The notes under the pieces are model-generated. The model had not been told where the DNA came from, made no database searches, and saw nothing but the letters and a program-made list of their open reading frames with translations. Source: an uncultured Pseudomonadota bacterium (GTDB lineage: Bacteria; Pseudomonadota; Alphaproteobacteria; JACZXZ01). Taken from it: a stretch of 64,000 nucleotides of DNA. Shown here in pieces: positions 59,766 to 64,000 of this stretch; the stretch's first letter is position 1; each line of letters starts with the position of its first letter. The stretch is taken from positions 544,001 to 608,000 of the forward strand of contig CAVVLJ010000017.1 of NCBI GenBank assembly GCA_963749075.1, read 5' to 3'. Both the position numbers and the translations under genes were made by a program.

Positions 59766-61071
59766 TCAGCCGGCGGCTGCGCGCTCGTGCACGAGCTCCT
59801 CGATGGCACTCGCCCAGGCCTTGCACGTATGCCGCACGTCGTCCGCCGTATGGGCGAGCGAGACGTAATATTTGCCCTCGCCCTTGAGCACGCCGCGCGC
59901 GCGCAGGAGCGCGTTGAAGCGGCGCTGCAGCTCCACGTCGCCCCGGAGGGTGTCCCGGTAGTCGCGCATCTGGCCCGAGGCGAAGATCACGTCGAAGAGC
60001 GGCGGCTCGCCCACGACCTGGGCCGCGAGCCCGGCGCGCTGCAGGAGCCGCTTGAGCTCCGCCATGAGCTCGCGGCCCGTGGCGAAGAGGCGCTCGTAGG
60101 CGCCGGGCTCTCTCAGGACCTCGAGCGTGGCGAGGCCGGCCACGGCGGCGACCGGGTTGCCGCTGAGCGTGCCCATCTGCACCATGTAGCCCGCCTCGCC
60201 CGCGGCGGCGCGGTCGAAGTGGGACATGATGTCGGCACGCCCGGCGATGGCCGCCAAGGGGAAGCCGCCGCCCACCACCTTGCCGACGGTGCAGATGTCT
60301 GGCACCACGCCGTAATATTCCTGGGCGCCGCCGTAGGCGAAGCGGAAGCCGGTGACGATCTCGTCGAAGATGAGGGGGATGCCGTTCTCGGCGGTGATCT
60401 TGCGCAGTGCTGCGAGGAAGCCGGGTGCCGGCGGGATGATGCGCTGGAAGGGCTCGACGATGACGCCGGCGAGCTCGTCGCGGTGCTCGCGCACGATGCT
60501 CGCGACCGTCTCGGCGTCGTTGAAGGGGGCGATGAGCATCTCGTCGGAGAGGCTCTGCGGGATGCCCGGCGAGTCTGGCACGGCTTGCGGGAAATTGCCC
60601 GAGCGCTTGGGGGCGAGGCTCATGAGCGAATAGTCGCTCATGCCGTGGAAGCCGCCCTCGAACTTGAGGATCTTGTCGCGCTTGCGGAAGGCGCGCGCGA
60701 GACGCATGGCATAGGCGTCCGCTTCCGTGCCGGTCGAGACGAAGCGCACCTTCTCGGCGCAGGGCACGGCCGCGACGATGGCCTCGGCGAGGCGGATGCC
60801 CTGGCGGTTGTTGGCGAAGAAGGTGGTGCCTTGGGCCACCTGGTCTTGCACCGCGGCAGTGACCGCAGGATGCGCGTGGCCGATCAGCATGGGGCCGGAG
60901 CCGAGGAGGAAGTCGACGTACTCGTTGCCGCTCTCGTCCCACACGCGCCCGCCGTGGCCCTCGCGGATCACCACCTCGGAGGCGAAGTTCCCGAAGCTGC
61001 CGCCGGGGAGCACGCGCTTCGCCGTCTCGACGAGCCCGCGCTCGAACGTCGCTCACGTTTTGCATGGCCAT
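59766..61071 (-). CDS. Class III aminotransferase (GSA-aminomutase-like); +1 frameshift near 61049 separates the ATG from the main frame
   Basis: FVSTGTEA, KFEGGFHG, IFDEIVTGFR, GKVVGGGFP, GTLSGNP; MAMQNVS joins FERGLVETAKRVLPGG after removing one base. Confidence 0.85.
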
Positions 61072-61257
61072 GGCATCCCCGCCCGCTTTCTCCGGCGGGC
61101 GATAGTAGCGGAGCCGCGCCATGGTGTCGCTACGGCTGTTGGGCCGAGGCCTGCCTCTTAAGGCACGGTTGCTCCCGGCCGCCAGGACCGCTTGAATGTC
61201 CCGGCGCCGGCTCGGCGGGCGGCAGCCGGGTTGCGCCATGGCATGAGGGCAGGCGGC

Positions 61258-62481
61258 ATGAGCGGCGAGACTCCCCTCATCGAGCGCTCCGGCGGCCCGT
61301 GGCGCTGCCTCGCCGAGATCCTGCTCGTCTTCCTCCGCCTGGGGCTCACCTCGTTCGGCGGGCCGGTGGCGCACCTCGGCTATTTCCGCGAGGAGCTCGT
61401 GGCCCGGCGGCGCTGGCTCGACGAGCGCGCCTACGCCGATCTCGTCGCCCTCTGCCAGTTCCTCCCCGGACCGGCGAGCAGCCAGGTCGGCTTCGCCATC
61501 GGCCTCATGCGCGGCGGCCTCTCAGGCGGCCTTCTCGCCTGGGCCGGCTTCACGCTGCCTTCGGCGCTCGCCTTGACGCTCTTCGGTTACGGCGCTCGAG
61601 CCTATGGCGGGCTCGCCGGCACGGGGCTGCTCCACGGCCTCCAGTTGGCCGCCGTCGCCGTGGTCGCCCGGGCGCTCTGGGGCATGGCCCGCGTGCTGGC
61701 ACCCGACCGGCCGCGCGCGACGATCGCCATCGCCGCGGCGCTCGTGGTCCTCGCCTGGCCGGGCCCGCTCGGCCAGATCGCCGCGATCTTGGGCGGCGGC
61801 GTCATCGGCTGGCGGCACTTCAAGGCGGCCCCGGCAGGGGAGCGGCAGGCGCCGGCTGCGGCCATCGGCCGCGGCATGGCGCTCGTCTCGCTCGCCCTCT
61901 TCCTCCTCCTCTTGGGCCTGCTGCCGTTCCTGGCCGAGCTCGTGCCGAGCCACGCGCTGCAGCTCGTCGACCGCTTCTACCGCGCGGGCGCCCTTGTGTT
62001 CGGCGGCGGGCACGTCGTGCTGCCGCTCCTGCAGTCCGCGGTGGTGCCGCCGGGCTGGATCGCGAACGACGCGTTTCTCGCGGGCTATGGTGCTGCCCAG
62101 GCGGTGCCCGGGCCGCTCTTCACCTTCGCCGCCTATCTCGGCACGGTGATGGAGCCGGGCCCCAACGGCTGGCTCGGGGCAGCACTCTGCCTGGCCGCGA
62201 TCTACCTGCCGACCTTTCTTCTCGTCGTCGGCGCGGTGCCGTTCTGGGATTATGCGCGGGCGCATCCGGGCTTGCGCTCGGCCCTCGTCGGGGTGAATGC
62301 CGCGGTGGTCGGCCTTCTCCTGGCCGTGCTCTATCGCCCCGGCTGGACGAGTGCCGTGACCGGCACGGCCGACTTCATGCTGGTGCTGGCGGCGTTCCTG
62401 CTGCTCGCCTTTTGGCGCACCCCGCCGTGGCTCGTCGTTCTCCTCGCGGCCGTGGCGGGGTGGCTGCTGCGCCTATCCTGA
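61258..62481 (+). CDS. chrA: Chromate efflux transporter
   Basis: LGLTSFGGPVAHLGYF, CQFLPGPASSQ, VFGGGHVVLPLL, AQAVPGPLFTFAAY. Confidence 0.93.
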   Translation: MSGETPLIERSGGPWRCLAEILLVFLRLGLTSFGGPVAHLGYFREELVARRRWLDERAYADLVALCQFLPGPASSQVGFAIGLMRGGLSGGLLAWAGFTLPSALALTLFGYGARAYGGLAGTGLLHGLQLAAVAVVARALWGMARVLAPDRPRATIAIAAALVVLAWPGPLGQIAAILGGGVIGWRHFKAAPAGERQAPAAAIGRGMALVSLALFLLLLGLLPFLAELVPSHALQLVDRFYRAGALVFGGGHVVLPLLQSAVVPPGWIANDAFLAGYGAAQAVPGPLFTFAAYLGTVMEPGPNGWLGAALCLAAIYLPTFLLVVGAVPFWDYARAHPGLRSALVGVNAAVVGLLLAVLYRPGWTSAVTGTADFMLVLAAFLLLAFWRTPPWLVVLLAAVAGWLLRLS

Positions 62482-62510
62482 GCACGGCCCCACGGGCGGC
62501 AGAGCGATGC

Positions 62511-62846
62511 TCAGCGCTGGAACGGACTGTTCGGGCCGAAGCCGTAGCCGAAGGGGGCCAGCTGAGGGGGTTGTGAGGGGTCGAGGTAGGTGCTCGAGCG
62601 GTCGGCGCCGTAGCCGCCGCCGGTGATGGAGAAGCTCAAGCCCGAGTTGCCGAAATTGTAGCTCTTGGCACCGTTGGGGTCGCTCGTCAGCTTCTGGATC
62701 GGCGCGTCCTCGCCGGGATTGGCGAGCTGCTGGCTGCCGCCGGACTGGGAGGGGCTGACCGGCTCGAGGGTGAAGGCGCACGCCGGCCCCGCACCCCAAA
62801 GGAGCGCAAGCACGATCGCCGAAATCCCCGCCGCCAGATACCGCAT
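62511..62846 (-). CDS. Hypothetical secreted protein
   Basis: GGAG RBS, signal peptide ending ACA-F, Gly/Ser-rich mature part. Confidence 0.6.
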   Translation of the reverse strand: MRYLAAGISAIVLALLWGAGPACAFTLEPVSPSQSGGSQQLANPGEDAPIQKLTSDPNGAKSYNFGNSGLSFSITGGGYGADRSSTYLDPSQPPQLAPFGYGFGPNSPFQR

Positions 62847-62932
62847 GGCCGCTCCGCCTCCGAGCGCTCCAATTTAGGCGCGCCGGCCGCGGAATGCAAG
62901 GCCGCGGCGAGGGGCGAGGAAGTGCCGTCCGC

Positions 62933-64000
62933 CTAGAAACGATAGCGCATGCCGACGAAGACCACGTTGACGAAGTAGGACGGGTTGGCGTCGCCCGGCA
63001 AAAGCCCGGTCGAGTAGGCCGTCGCCGAAGTAAGGGCGAAATCCTGGTAATCCAGGCGCTCCAAGGTATCGCCGATGAAGAGCATGACGTTGGACTGCAG
63101 ATTGTACTCGACGCGCAGGGTCAGGCTGTTGAGCAGCGATACCACGTCGGGGAGCGGCGCCGTCGCCAGGCTGGAGTTGGCCGGCGCCCCGAGTGCGAGC
63201 GTGCCGCCGTCCGAGATCACGAAACCGGTGTCGCCGTAGGAGAGATTGTAGCCGAGCTTGACCTTGAGGCGGTCGGGAATTGCCTTCCATTCGGCATCGA
63301 GGCCGACGCTGTGGACCTGATCGGTCGTCTTGCCGTTCCATTGGCCGTTGCACCCGGCCGTCGTGGTGAAGCCGTTGGCGTTGCAGGTCGTGCTCGTCCA
63401 ATAGACGGAGTTCTGATCGTAGTAGACCCTCTGATAGGTATAGTAGCCGTGGAACGTGAGGTCCTCCGTCGGCTGCCAGGTGATATCCGGCCCGAGCGAG
63501 ATGCTCTCGTTGTTCCTCAGCCCCAGCGTCGATTGCGAGTAATCGTCGTTGTCGTACTTGATCATGAACGTGCCGTTGAGGGTGTGGTTCGGCGAGAAGT
63601 CGAGCGTGCCCTTGACCTCGTCGCGGGTGCGCGACGCCTCGTAGAACTTGAAGAGGCCGCCGAAGTCCAGGTTGCCGGCGTTGTCCAGGAAGTCCCACGG
63701 CGCGTTCTGGTTGTAATTGTGGGCATCGCGCATGGCGTGGGAATATCCGAGGCTGCCGTTGACGTCGTCCAGGATATGGCTGCGTACCTTGCCGCCGAAG
63801 GTGTTCTCCGTCACGTCCTTGGTATCCGCAAAGGTGCGCAAGGTGCTGTCGTAGTCATAGTCCAGCGTGAGCTTCGTCTCATCCAGCACCCGGTAGCCGC
63901 CCTCGAGCGACGCCTTCTGGTGGATATAGCTCGACGGCGTGTTGGAGTATCCGGTGGGCCCCGTGTTGGCGAGGGCATCGCCGACGGCGGTGACGTAATG
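62933..64000 (-). CDS. MtrB/PioB family outer-membrane beta-barrel, 5' part beyond window
   Basis: Frame open to edge; NTPSSY, KFYEASRTRD, DDYSQSTLGL, YQDFAL, NPSYFVNVVFVGMRYRF. Confidence 0.8.
   Translation of the reverse strand, partial: HYVTAVGDALANTGPTGYSNTPSSYIHQKASLEGGYRVLDETKLTLDYDYDSTLRTFADTKDVTENTFGGKVRSHILDDVNGSLGYSHAMRDAHNYNQNAPWDFLDNAGNLDFGGLFKFYEASRTRDEVKGTLDFSPNHTLNGTFMIKYDNDDYSQSTLGLRNNESISLGPDITWQPTEDLTFHGYYTYQRVYYDQNSVYWTSTTCNANGFTTTAGCNGQWNGKTTDQVHSVGLDAEWKAIPDRLKVKLGYNLSYGDTGFVISDGGTLALGAPANSSLATAPLPDVVSLLNSLTLRVEYNLQSNVMLFIGDTLERLDYQDFALTSATAYSTGLLPGDANPSYFVNVVFVGMRYRF

Noticed and set aside
59766-61013. Calling the aminotransferase hemL
   Set aside because: Alphaproteobacteria generally make ALA by the Shemin pathway and the context is not tetrapyrrole-related; left as class III aminotransferase.

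Overview
GC-rich alphaproteobacterial chromosomal DNA (GcrA, FixK/FNR-type boxes, rhizobial-type palindromic repeats). 1-24 kb is a low-oxygen energy region with six FNR/FixK-like boxes plus one weak candidate. It holds the distal part of an N-ATPase operon (atpQ-R-B-E-F-A-G), CBS/BON, ChaB, cytochrome c, a MacAB/DevBCA-type exporter with OMF, Zn-ADH, PFOR plus a DHODH-like flavoprotein, an OYE, a coupled pair (DUF47/PhoU-tailed protein and a PPDK lacking its pyruvate domain), and a rubrerythrin-VIT1 protein; it ends at tRNA-Thr(GGT). 24-38 kb is an expanded kdp locus: kdpFABC, a small protein plus secD-secF inserted before kdpDE, and a divergent outer-membrane barrel; three promoters there share a KdpE-like double-box layout. 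38-64 kb carries an RlpA-like protein, two-subunit NAD-linked formate dehydrogenase, MFS/SufR-like regulator, marR-emrA without emrB, an ABC pair plus DUF2252, a candidate ~68-nt sRNA, twin Cys-motif membrane microproteins, gcrA, glxA/DJ-1, an aminotransferase-cinA-thiolase-acuI run, chrA and the C-terminus of an MtrB/PioB porin. Three genes carry single +1 insertions, possibly assembly errors. No integrase, transposase or CRISPR array was seen. All family assignments come from motif recognition by eye, not database searches.
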